Part shown: positions 52,842 through 64,000 of the stretch, piece by piece
Position numbering within the stretch: position 1 is the stretch's first letter
Layout of the letters: each line of letters opens with the position of its first letter
DNA from: Dicyema japonicum
Taxonomy: Eukaryota; Animalia; Dicyemida
Direction: 5' to 3'
DNA: 64,000 bases
Assembly: GCA_011109175.1 (NCBI GenBank)
Contig: RDEW01000061.1
Coordinates: forward strand, 197,543 to 261,542
Translations under genes and position numbers: made by a program
The notes under the pieces: model-generated
The model's database searches: none
Told to the model about the DNA's origin: nothing
The model's input: the letters and a program-made list of their open reading frames with translations, nothing else

Positions 52842-55800
52842 TATTATTATTATTATTATTTAAAGCACTCCCGAGAAGTCATAAAATTAATCAAGCCTCC
52901 CTTGTGCCGTATTTCTAGCCATCCTCTCTATCAGCCTTTTCCAGGACCCTCTACTTCGTGCCAGTTCCCTTAAGGTATCTAGGTCGTCTGCGGAAGTGAG
53001 CTTCAGTCCCACAGCCGACAGGTCTCCATTCAAAATAGTTGGGAGTGTGACTCTTGGTCTTCCACGGAAACCGGCTCCCGTATGCATTAGGTAGTTTTCC
53101 ATGGCGATATTCGCGGGTACTTGAGCATTTAGACGTAAGATATGTCCAAAGAGACTCCATCTTGATCTGAAGATCTCCTCGGATAGTATACCAGATTTGC
53201 ACTTCGAGTAGAGGTCATTGTTTGAGATCTTCTTAGGCCACTTGATCTTGATTACTGATTTCAATTGTGTCCTGTGGAAAGCGTCAAGACGGTCCATCTC
53301 TTGTTTAGAGATTCCCCAAGTGCCTGAATTGTAGGTCAGGACGGGGATGACAAAAGCCTTATATATTCTGAGTTTGGTGTTTAATCCCATCCTCTTCTTA
53401 TGACCCCACATATTCGATACTTTCTTTAGTGCACACATTGCGAGGATTTTCCTCCGAGAAACATCTTCTGAGTCCCCGAGAAGCGAACCCACCTTCTTTT
53501 GCTTTCTCCAAGACTCGTCCGATCTTCGATCATTGCGTGTAAGTGTTGTGAACTCTGTTTTATCGGTGTTAACGGTTAAGAACCATTTCGAGAATACGTG
53601 TGGAAGAACGTTAAGCATGTGTTGAAGTACTTGAATATCCTCAGAAACAAAGTCCAGGTCGTCCGCGTAGATTATCTCGTTATAATTGTTGCCAACCAGG
53701 GGTCTGAACTCTCTTAGTGCGGCCTCAAGGTAGACAATAAAGAGGACCGGGGATAGTGAGTCCCCCTGTGGAACTCCACGTGAGGTCGAAAAAAAGTTAG
53801 AGGTAGAGTCACCAATTTTGACGGCAAGTTGAGTGTTCCGCATGAGTAAGTGTATTATTTTGACATCGTCAGGCAGTAGAAAACTCTCCAACACTTCCAT
53901 AAGTTTTCCACGGTCCACCGAGTCGAACGCACGGGACATGTCGATACCAAGTATCTCAATAGATTTTTTGTATTTTTGGCACAGGGCACAATACCACCTG
54001 TGCCCCCATACCACGTCAGCCGTGGACCTGCCCGTCCGGAATCCACTTTGGCCGTCCGAAAGAAATATGTTCACCCTCTCCTTTATTCGGTTTAAAGCAA
54101 TGAGGGATAATGTTTTTCGTATGGAGGTTAGGAGTATAATAGGTCTGAAGTTGTGAGGGGGCCTTTACTTTTTCCCGGTTTTTGTAGTGGAATTAGCCAC
54201 CCTTTTCCCAGTTCCAGTTCATCTGCACCCTCGAGAGACCGGTTGAAAATGTTAGTAATCATTTCAATTAGCTCCTCCGGGCCGTATTGTAAAAGTTCTG
54301 CAGTAATGAAGTCTGGTCCGGCAGATCTTCCGGTATTTAATTTTTTAATAGCTTGTTGAGTTTCGGATATGGTAATAGGGCTAGTTAGAGTGTACTTGTA
54401 AGACTTCCGAGATTTCATTGCTTGGTCAGCCGCGTCCTGTTTGTTGAACATAAGGTCAAAATGGGATGCCAGAACGTTTGCTTTGTTAATGGTCCCGATA
54501 ACGTCGTGACCAAGGTTGTCATGGACAGTTAACGAAATTGGACAGTTTTCTCTGCTAAGAAGCCGGATTGCTTTGAACATTCTTGGTCCGTTCTTGTACT
54601 TTAATATGTCTGAGATTTTCTCCTCAGCTTCATTTTTGGCAAGGAATCTTTGTATTTGTTTGATCTTCGTTAAGACTCTCCCTCTCTGGGTGCGCAGTAC
54701 TTTGATATCTTCCGGAGCGTTTGTGTTTTCCATCCGGAGTCTGAGCTCTTTCTGTGTTACAGAGAGTTGTCCGATATCCGGATTACATTGTTTGTGACGA
54801 GATTTGGTGATGTGACCAAGCACACTAAAGGCTGTGTTTTGGATAGCAACCACTATTTCATCCCATAAGCTGTTTGTCGGCTGATTTTGGTTAATACTGT
54901 TGATGCTATCTCTCAGAACTGCACTATAACGACATTTGGTGGATTCTTCGTAGCGTAACCTCTCAGTGTCGAAACGTACTGAGGTAAGGCCTTTGTGTTT
55001 CCCGTGTATTCCATGGATTCTTTTAAGTACTAGCCGGGCGACCACAAGTTTATGATCGCTACTTGTTTCAAGTCCACCGTAAGATCTCGAGTCCTGTAGG
55101 AGGGCCTTCTGATGTTGCTTGCAGATAATATAGTCGATCTGATTGTATATATTGACTGTGTTTCCAGATTTGCCTTTTCTGGTACCAACCCACGTGGTCC
55201 TGTGTCTTGCCGGGTGCTTGAAACAAGTGTTGCATATGAGTAGGTTGAATGCCGTGCAAAATTGTATTAATGCCTCTCCGGGGATGTTACGGCGGTTTCT
55301 ACCGTGGGATCCAATACACGTTTCACCAGGTCTTGCTTTTCCGGCCCTGGCGTTCCAGTCCCCGGCGATAAAAAGAAAGTAAGAGGATGAAAGTGAGTTG
55401 TACACACTTGTGAGAGTAGAGTAAAACGTATCCAGTTCTTCGATATTCGTTGATACACGTGCTCCGGTTGGGGCATATACATTTATGATGGAGATCACTG
55501 AGTTGAGTTTGTTTCCGCATTTGATTTGTAACACCGCGACACGGTCAGATACTGCCCATACTCTTGAGACACAGTGAAACAAGTGCCGATGAACAGCAAA
55601 TCCGAGCCCATAGTGCCTGCAGTCTGGTGTGAGGGTCAAAAGGTAAAAATTCTGAAACAGTTCTGCAGATTGTTCGGTTATTTTCGTCTCTTGCAAACAA
55701 CAGACAGAGATGTTGTATTTACTCAGATCACGCGCCAATTGTTGTTTCTTGTAGCACTGATTGAGGCCTCGGCAGTTGAGGGATCCAAGAGTGAGGGGAG

Positions 55801-55861
55801 AAACTGGTAAGCAATACGAAGAAGACATAGTGCAAGTAGAGGGACGTCACCACCTCACCAG
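52842..55861 (-). mobile_element. Full-length RTE-like non-LTR retrotransposon (APE + RT, ~980 aa after correcting one frameshift at ~54153), (TAA)n tail
   Basis: ORFs 54128-55828 and 52887-54074: CCLQETK, INVYAP, AGDWNA, DYI, SDH, PQGDSLSP, YADD, RWSLFGHILR, GRPR. Confidence 0.95.
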
Positions 55862-55938
55862 AATATTAATAATAATAATAATAAATTTTAATATATTATT
55901 AATAATAATAAAGAAAAATTTTAAATTTTAACATTGAA

Positions 55939-56572
55939 ATGAATGAATGTGGATACGAATGTATGGTTGTAATCTAACCTTAGACTTGGATCATCCAGCA
56001 GATATTCAGTAACCAATTTTAATAATTCATATCTAGATTCCACTCTTGTAATCTTCATGGAATTATTATTAGGGGCACCTAAGATAGAAGAAGCTTTTGA
56101 ACTAGTATTTGAGATATTATAAATTAGACTGCTCTTGCCTTGTATGGTTATATGACAAATCTTGAAAAGGTCGAATCAAAACATGAATTTGAATTTGCCG
56201 TCGAAGGTAATCTTATTAAAAAGTCTAGGACATGACTTGACTTCACTGTTATTTAATTTCTTGACCACTGTCTTTTCACTTTTGTTGCTGACCCTTACTT
56301 TGTTGCCAAAGTTCTCATATCAATTATTTAGGATATCTTTATAAAAGAGTTCAATCAGTTGGACAACAGTACGTGGAATATAAAGTGTGTACTGTACGTT
56401 ATGTTAATTATATGCATTTAGAAAGGGGGAACAGTTTGACTTGTGCAAGCATGAACAGGTTTGTGGAAATATAACTCTGAAGGGGACAGAGATTAAAGCG
56501 ATAACCTACCATTGTATGAAAATTATTCAAAATGACGATAGAACCGATATTTTTGTTATTGTTGATATTTAA
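55939..56572 (+). CDS. ZBTB8OS: Archease (RtcB tRNA-ligase cofactor), 8 introns of 21-28 nt including an 11-nt micro-exon; 1-nt deletion at ~56263
   Basis: Spliced: YEYLDHPADIQFHSW..IEEAFE..ALYGYMT..GHDLTSLLFNFL[D]..KGEQFDLCKHEQGTEIKAITYHCM..IFVIVDI*. Confidence 0.92.
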
Positions 56573-56594
56573 ATTTATATCATGGATTTTTGAA

Positions 56595-56719
56595 TTTTTT
56601 ATTATTTGGCTTCATATTAAATTGTCTGACTTTGAAGTATCGAACCACTGAAATTTTATCTACTAACAAATAAAAAATTATTTGAAATTTTATCTACTAA
56701 CAAATTATTTATAATCTAA
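56595..56719. repeat. Left copy of the long direct repeat flanking the second RTE (contains an extra 27-bp internal duplication)
   Basis: Matches 59662-59759. Confidence 0.95.
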
Positions 56720-59661
56720 TTGTTGGTTGAGTTAGTGACGTGGCTCTTTAAATGCAGTCTGAAAAATACAAGATTCAATGGGATGGCCTCAACCTACTCT
56801 CGTTTAATGTCAGGGGGATCTCGAAGACATGGATGAGGAAAACACTGTGCGATGATTTAGACAAGTACCGCGTCTCTATCGGATGTCTGCAAGAAACGAA
56901 GGTCTCTGATGGATGCTGTGAACACTATGGAACCTATAAACTTATTCTCTTCCCTAGTGAGTCTAAACATTACGGACAAGGTTTCGCAGTCCATGAACAT
57001 CTTGTACCACGGATACATCAATTTTGGAAAGTCAACGACAGGATTAGTGTTCTGCAAATTAGGATGAATGACATGTGCCCTTCCAAAAGCTACATGACAG
57101 TCATTAACGTGTATGCTCCACATAGTGGCAGATTTTTGAAAAATCCTGAGGAACTGGATGACTTCTACTGTCAACTATTGAGGACGTACTCGGAATACGA
57201 ATCTTCGTCGTTGATATTTATTGCCGGGGACTTTAACGCTAAAGTTGGGATGCGACGCAGTGGAGAGGAATCGTTCATCGGCAGGCATGGACGGGGGTGG
57301 AGAAACACCCCGGGAACACTACTAGCCAATTTCTGTCAAGCGAATGATCTTTTCATAGGAAACACTGCCTTTATGCACCCAGCTCGCCACAGGAGCACAT
57401 GGACTGGCCATAGAACGAACTCGGAAAACAAAAGTGTCAATATTTATAATCAAATTGATTACATCATTTGTCGGACCAAGGACAAACACCTACTGAATGA
57501 TGCCCGTTCTTATGGAGGGTCGATGATAAATAGTGACCATAAAATGGTTATTGGCAAGCTCTCCTTGAAGAAATACTACATTGGTAGGAAGAACCTGAGT
57601 CTAAGCAAGACGCTACCACCTTACCATACCCATGTATATATGACTGAGAAGCTCTGGTCTCAGCCGCTGCTGGTGACAAACTACCAAAAACATATAGAGA
57701 ACCACCTATATACATTACCAGCTAATATGACTATACAAGACCTATGGGATCAGACCAAAAGCATTATTTGCCTTGCCGCAAACACCCACCTTGGAGTGAG
57801 ACGGCAGACAACCGGAAATATGTCACTTGGCCATCCAGACTCCTTATTACTGGCAAAACAACAACGAGAAATATGGATACAGAGTCTAAACACGACGGAT
57901 ATACATATCAAAAACAAACTACGAACTGAACGAAATATTATCAAGAGAAGAATCATGAAGCTTAATAATGAACACTCGAAGGATGTCTTCCTATCACATC
58001 TTAGAGAGCTGGAGCAACTAAAGGACAATGCACAAATGTTCGCTGCAGTCCGACTAATGCGAGGAAAGAAAAAAGCGACAGTACATGTTATGGATGGGAA
58101 GGGGAAACTTATCTTAAAACCAGACGAACAGATCGAATTGATTGCTGCCCATTTTGAAAAACTGTTCAATGCGAACGGCCAAGAACTGGCCCCTTTCATC
58201 GGAGAACCGCGGATGCTGGAAACAATTATCACATCTAAGGAAGTTCAGAGTGCGTGCAGTAAGCTAAAAATCACAGGAGCGCTGGACCAGACAACATCCC
58301 TCCCGAACTGCTGAAATATGGACCTATGCGTCTATTCGAAACCATTGCGACATTGTTAAATGGAATGTTTACATCCAACTCTGTCCTACCACTGGGGAAA
58401 GGGACATTGATACCTATACAAAAGCCTAACAAACCAAAGGGACCACTAGAAAGCCTACGCCCAGTCATATTGTTAAACACATTACGAAAAGTTCTTGCAT
58501 CTGTTGCTTTGGACCGCTTAAAACATCCTGCAGGAAAATTACCTATCAGCATGCCATAGTGGATTTCGTAAAGGAAGGTCGACAGCGGACATTCTGTGGA
58601 GCCACAGGTGGCGGTGTGCAACGGCTCAAAGATACAAAAATGCCACGACCATCCTGGGGATCGATATGTCAAGAGCTTTCGACACCATTAGCCGACACAA
58701 GCTAATGGTTCATCAATTTGTGGACCAATCATTGCTACGGATAATCAGAGTACTTCTCTCAAGTACTGAACTGTCAGTCCGAATTGGGAGAACTCTATCC
58801 CGACCATTCAAAACTACAATCGGAACTCCTCAGGGAGACTCCTCTCCCCCTTACTATTTGTGATATATCTCGAAGCTGCACTAAAGGATCTAAGAACTTG
58901 CTATGAAGGAAAAATAAACGAAGTCGTATACGCGGATGATGTGGATTTTATATCCGAGGATACAGAAGCTCTCACACATCTGCTGGAAAATGCACCGGAC
59001 AAACTGGGGAATGGTTCCTCATCGTTAACCGGGCCAAAACGGAAATCACGGAAATCAAAAGAATGGACAACATCCTTAATGAACGTTGGCGACATGTTAA
59101 TAAGCTTGGATCCCTACTGGGGGACACAGAAGACATCATCAAAAGGAAAACACTTGCAGGAGTAGCAATGCGAAAACTCAAAAAGGGATGGCTGAAAGGA
59201 CTAGATGTCAATCTGCGGATACGCATGTACAATGCATTTGTGAAACCGATACTGACATACAATGCTGGTACTTGGGCCTGTACAGGTGCGGAATCAATGG
59301 CTCTCGATGGGTTCCACAGAAAACAGCTTAGAGTATTATTTGGCATGCAGTGGCCAGCCAGAATCTCGAATACCGGTATTTACAAAAAATGCAAGAGTAG
59401 GCCTCTAAGCCTGGAAATCACTGACGCCCGGTGGAGACTGTTTGGTCACGTACTACGCATGGATCTTGCTGCCCCGGCTAATGTGGCGATGGAGGACCAT
59501 TTCATGTTCGAGGGCAAATGCTTCCGTGGCAGACCAAGGATGACCCTACCTATCATGCTGCACAAAGACCTCCAAAGGATGAAGAAATGCCTAAAGACGG
59601 GAGACGATCTGGACATGCTGAGATCGACTGCGTGCAACCGTGGAGGATGGAAGAGGCTAAC
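56720..59661 (+). mobile_element. RTE-like non-LTR retrotransposon, second family (APE + RT, several 1-nt frameshifts), lacking its own 3' end
   Basis: ORFs 56752-58314, 58326-, 58666-, 58860- and 59063-59740, homologous to the minus-strand RTE; the ORF runs into the right-hand repeat. Confidence 0.93.
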
Positions 59662-59759
59662 TTTTTTATTATTTGGCTTCATATTAAATTGTCTGACTTT
59701 GAAGTATCGAACCACTGAAATTTTATCTACTAACAAATAAAAAATTATTTATAATCTAA
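59662..59759. repeat. Right copy (98 bp) of the long direct repeat
   Basis: ttttttattatttggcttcat...aaaaaattatttataatctaa. Confidence 0.95.
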
Positions 59760-59829
59760 ATCAGGGAAATATTTTTATTTTTAAGTCAGCTTCTTTTTAT
59801 TTGCATGAACTTTAGCTCCGAAGGAAAAA

Positions 59830-60250
59830 GGCACATGTGATCTTATTTATAATTAAAACTCGAAACGGATATGTTTTTATTTATTTTTTACTTAAGATCA
59901 TTCCATCGCTTCTCTATGGACTTGAGGGATGGCATCACACTATATACAAGGAGCGTGTTATATCGCTTCTTGAAAAGTCAAGAAAAGCAGAGATCAAAAT
60001 TTTCATACACAAACGGCTCGAAGAGACTTTAAATGAGGATGACAATCGCACATTATTTTCGATCAGAGAAGTAACAAAAAAATGATGGCAAACTTTCCGA
60101 AAAGATATGCGATCATTGACTCATATATCACAACACAGAATGTACGATAAGAGGGGTCTGAGGTCGCAGAGGAGAGTCCAACCTATGGCAGGACTTGTGG
60201 TAAGAAGCTTCAAAATAATACCTTTTTTACTTTCCTTGTTAATAAATTCT
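59830..60250 (+). mobile_element. 3' fragment related to the 1270-4880 LINE family
   Basis: KIIPSLLYGLEGW..LLEKSRKAEIKI; similar 3' UTR. Confidence 0.75.
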
Positions 60251-61089
60251 GTTTGTTATTTGCATAAAGAGAAAATTATAGTGGTTGATTGGTCGGAAAA
60301 ACTAGGTGGTGACATATTTCTATCGTACAGGATGTCCACTTAGCTTCATGATAGATGAATGTCTTTTTTATTCTCGTGAGTATATACGAAGTTACGGATT
60401 CAGTAAACATCGGAAACCAGAAGTTCTGAACAAAAGAAGCGTCGGGTGCATGTAACATCTACTTTTGAATTCTGTCCAACCAATTGAAAGAACTTAGTAG
60501 ATCACAGTCGATAATAAAAAAATATATTACAAGGCTTCAAACATGACTGGATGGCTATTCTTTAAATTATTTGTCAATTTCGAATTGTGATCCAAAGATT
60601 TTAAAAAAATTATGGGGTCTAATGAAAATAATGACCGTAAAAAATTGATTGAACTCAAAAAAAAATTAAAAAATTGATTGAACTTAATTATAGCGAAAAA
60701 TGGGAGAAATATTGTAACTAAGGCAATATTTTGTTCAGTATCTCTTAATAAGCGACATGTTTATTTATCAATAGTAACGTGGTTCTATTGGTGTTGTTTA
60801 TCAACATCCTATTTGTCGTTTTCCCACTTAGTTGTTTTCAAAAAGTTATCATTTTATTGTTAAATTTTTTATTAATAAAATAAAGTAAAGTCGTTATAAA
60901 AGGTCTCCTGCAGGCCTTGAGCACAGAATGGAAGTTACCTCTCATCATCGCGAGCCATATGTTCTGGAAAAGCCATCGCGTCATTCTAGGTTCAATTATA
61001 GCCGCAGAAAATTTCACTACACATTTAATTTTTAATAAACATTAAAAATAAATTAAATTAATAAATGTGAACTTAAATGTTTTTCTAGA

Positions 61090-62262
61090 TTATTTATGTC
61101 TTCTAATTCGACATAATTCTTTCTTAGCTGATCTTTCAAATCCAATATCTATTCTCTAAGATACCAAAGAATACAATATTTAGATCGGCTTGAGCCTCAT
61201 TGATGGTGCTTTTTTTACTTTTATTTTTGACTCTCTCGTTATATCGTTTTATTTTATTTTGAATATTCGTGGCTTCCTCCATTCTAAATTGATCAAACTT
61301 TTAACCTCCTTTCTTCCCTGCTTTTAAGTTCGGAGAGAGTGACATTTTTGATAAAGATAATATTGTCAAGAGGGATTGTCTTACTCTTTGATAATTAAAA
61401 ATTAAAACATTGTGATTATCCTCTGAATTTGGCATTTTCATACAACTTTCAAATGTCCCAAATGGTGCCTTTTTTGCTATGTTTTCGACAGCTAATTATT
61501 TAAATTTATCTAAAACATATTTTTTTCGTTTTTATATCGAGTTCTTTTTTTCTGTTTATTACCTTCGTTTTTTCGCGCCAATCATCCAAAGCACGTGTCG
61601 CACTAGATTTTTTAAAATCGATAAAACTTTAATCGATTTAAATCTTTTTGTATTAACTTATTTAATTTCATTGAAAGTTCCTTTTTTTGAAAAACTAATT
61701 TTGGAGTATTTTTTATTTGAATTTTGTTGACTCGAATTAAGTATAAATGAAACCAGTTTCTACTTTCACTTCGTTATCTTCCTCAACTCCGTTTTTTAGA
61801 GATTTCAAGTAATTCAATAAGTTTCTAATTCCATTTGTAAGCTTGTTTTTAACTTCTTTTCTAGTGGGTTTCCTCTGAGACTCAAATTTTTTAAGTTATT
61901 AAGAAATCCTTAAATCATTATAAAGTTTTACCCAATGATGAAGGAAGGTTTGTAAGTTTATTGCGATCCAATAAAATTGTGGTTACGTTATGATTTTCCG
62001 GATTTTTAAATTCTGGAATTTCACAGATTGAGTTGTCTCTAAGATCAATCCATAAGGTTTGTTCAAGAAAATCAAAAAATGATTGAGGTAAACTGGATAA
62101 GTTATTATTCGAAAGATACAAAAACTATGCTTACTAAATATAAATTACTTTGATATTATTCTGTTCCAGTAATTTTACAGGGACCTCAATCAATGAAGAA
62201 GAAGATGAATCATATATTTGATTATCGTCCAAAATGCTTTCTGGGAATACTTCGGAAATCAT
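61090..62262 (-). CDS. LRRC27: Leucine-rich repeat protein, LRRC27-like, multi-exon
   Basis: YLSNNNLSSLP..WIDLRDNSI..ILLDRNKLTNLPSSLG..LSLRGNPL; C-terminal RALDDWREK and KAPFG resemble recalled LRRC27 motifs. Confidence 0.65.
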
Positions 62263-62339
62263 TAATTACTTTTGCTAGGATATTAATTTTTTATTTAAAA
62301 TTTATTAATTATTTAATTCACTTTGATTTAAATTTCGAT

Positions 62340-62525
62340 ACAATTGGCTTTTAATAAATGCCGGACCTAATCCAAATATGTCCGGGTTCGAATCTCGTCC
62401 ATTTCGATCGAAGGTTCCACGCATCTATGATGCTTCTGAGATTGACGAATGACGCTATCATCAGTTGTTCATAACTGCGGAACATGATTGTCTCAAAAAC
62501 TCAAGCAAGAAAAAAAAAGAAAAGA
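62340..62525 (+). mobile_element. tRNA-derived SINE copy
   Basis: tggc..ggacctaatccaaatatgtccgggttcgaatctc head, shared core, A-rich tail. Confidence 0.75.
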
Positions 62526-62559
62526 ACTTAAAAACACCTTCCATGTCTTGGTCTTGGAT

Positions 62560-63540
62560 TAATTTTGGAGAAAAGTTCACGACGTTCAGTCACATACCGT
62601 GCCGACACTACGAAACCTCGGACTAGAGATAAACATAAAGAAATCGGAGCTAATAAATATCTTATACTCGGAGAGTGATTTTATCAACGTGGTCGAGTTT
62701 TTCAACTCGGTTCTACCTGGAATTACTGTCGTACTCAGGGAGCGAACATACTTTCTTGGGTCCTATATGCTCTCGATGTTCTCCCTGCTTCAAACATCGT
62801 GATATCCTCTTGTCACTGGATAGGACATTGAGAAAATCAGCTGAATTGCTTCTAAACATCCACTTTGATGTGCCGAGTTGGAACCAATGCAAGCTTCCTA
62901 CACGCCTCGGAGGAACGGGTCTCAGGTCGCCTTTCCAGCATATGTGTCATCGCTCTCAAGTGGAAGCCTTTTGGTCCAAGATATCCTACGTTTTTCAACC
63001 GGACTTTCTTTCCCGCTCTCGTGCAAAAGGAGTGCGGGCAGAGCACCCCGCCATGCTGCTATGAACAACATTGTCATGCGAGCTCTTGAAGCGGCAAGCT
63101 TCTTGGCAGTACTGGAGCCTGTGGGATTGGACCGCGGAGATGGGAAAAGACCGGATTGATTAACTATCTTTTCGTTCACTGAGAGAAAATCGCTCGTATG
63201 GGACTGCACTGTTGTGGATTCTTTCTCGAACTCGATGATACTCAGCTCGGCGCAGTCTGCTGGATCGGCAGCTTATCTGGCCGAGAAAATCAAGATTAAA
63301 AAATATGGCGAAATCGGAGACCGCTACCGTTTTGTACAGTAGCAATCGAGACGTATGGTGCGGCCGGAAGTATTACAGCCTCTTTCCTAAAGGAAATCGG
63401 GGGGAAATTGACTCACCGCAAGAAAGACGTGCGGGAAGCGGTCTGACTGAGGCAACGAATCGGTATTGTAGTTGTCCGCGGAAACGCTTACTCCGTGATG
63501 TCAGCAGCCGCTCTCCGCCATAGTTAATAAATAATATTTT
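62560..63540 (+). mobile_element. CRE-clade non-LTR retrotransposon, 5'-truncated and internally deleted (late RT + RLE endonuclease)
   Basis: LGLEINIKKSEL; [12 protein letters not shown]; [52 protein letters not shown]. Confidence 0.85.
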
Positions 63541-63589
63541 ATTGTCAATAAATTTTTCACATTAACGTAATTGTTCTTTATTTTTTAAC

Positions 63590-63752
63590 TAAAGTGGCTT
63601 AGGCTACGGGTTCGATTCCCGCTGCTGTTCACTTGGTGGAAAGTTCCACGCACCTACGATGCTGAAAGGGATTGACGAGTGACGCCGTCATCAGTGGATA
63701 CTCACTGCGGAACTGGATTGTCTAGAAAGGACCCACACACAAGAAAAAAATT
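63590..63752 (+). mobile_element. tRNA-derived SINE copy
   Basis: agtggcttagg A-box-like, gggttcgattccc B-box, shared core ttccacgcacctacgatgct..gattgacgagtga, A-rich tail. Confidence 0.75.
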
Positions 63753-64000
63753 AAAGAAGTGTAGATCATCCTTGGTTCTACGATTAGTTAAAATTAACGA
63801 TTCTTTACTTAAATAAAGTGTGTCTCCTGCCTATGCGGAGCTATAAATATTATGGCTCTCGTGAAAAGGCTGCATTATTATTAAAGTGTGATTTCTTCCT
63901 AAGCTGAAATGAATAATGAAGCATCAATAGTCGTGGTGGAAAAGCTGAACTATCATTTTATTAGACAACATGCTTGACAAGTAACGCCGTCATCGAGATC

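Noticed and set aside
55939-56572. Minus-strand open frames over this region
   Set aside because: Fully explained by the spliced plus-strand archease gene.

Overview
AT-rich animal genomic DNA with compact housekeeping genes whose GT-AG introns are nearly all 21-30 nt under the standard code. This suggests a dicyemid mesozoan or a similarly miniaturised parasite (inference, no database check). Genes reconstructed by hand-splicing: HSPBAP1 (3' part), TBCE, TSEN54, a WD40 protein, SRA1, an atonal-superfamily bHLH, exportin-5, NIFK/Nop15, archease, LRRC27 and a putative 69-aa membrane protein. The intergenic space is packed with transposable elements: many decayed APE-RT LINEs, two near-intact RTE-like elements flanking archease, two CRE-like (RLE) relics, a tRNA-derived SINE family and a hAT element with TIRs/TSD. 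There is also a collapsed 5S rDNA array (~1.9-kb unit), two dispersed 5S copies and a 44-bp minisatellite. The most notable observations: exportin-5 is interrupted by a ~1.2-kb TE block; one RTE has a ~98-bp target duplication and no 3' end of its own; the two divergent RTEs share a 5' motif; and a 5S orphon captured an intron-containing piece of the neighbouring HSPBAP1 gene. Several conserved genes carry single-base homopolymer frameshifts that are probably assembly errors. No single unambiguous novel system is proven from sequence alone. Coordinates of decayed elements are approximate.
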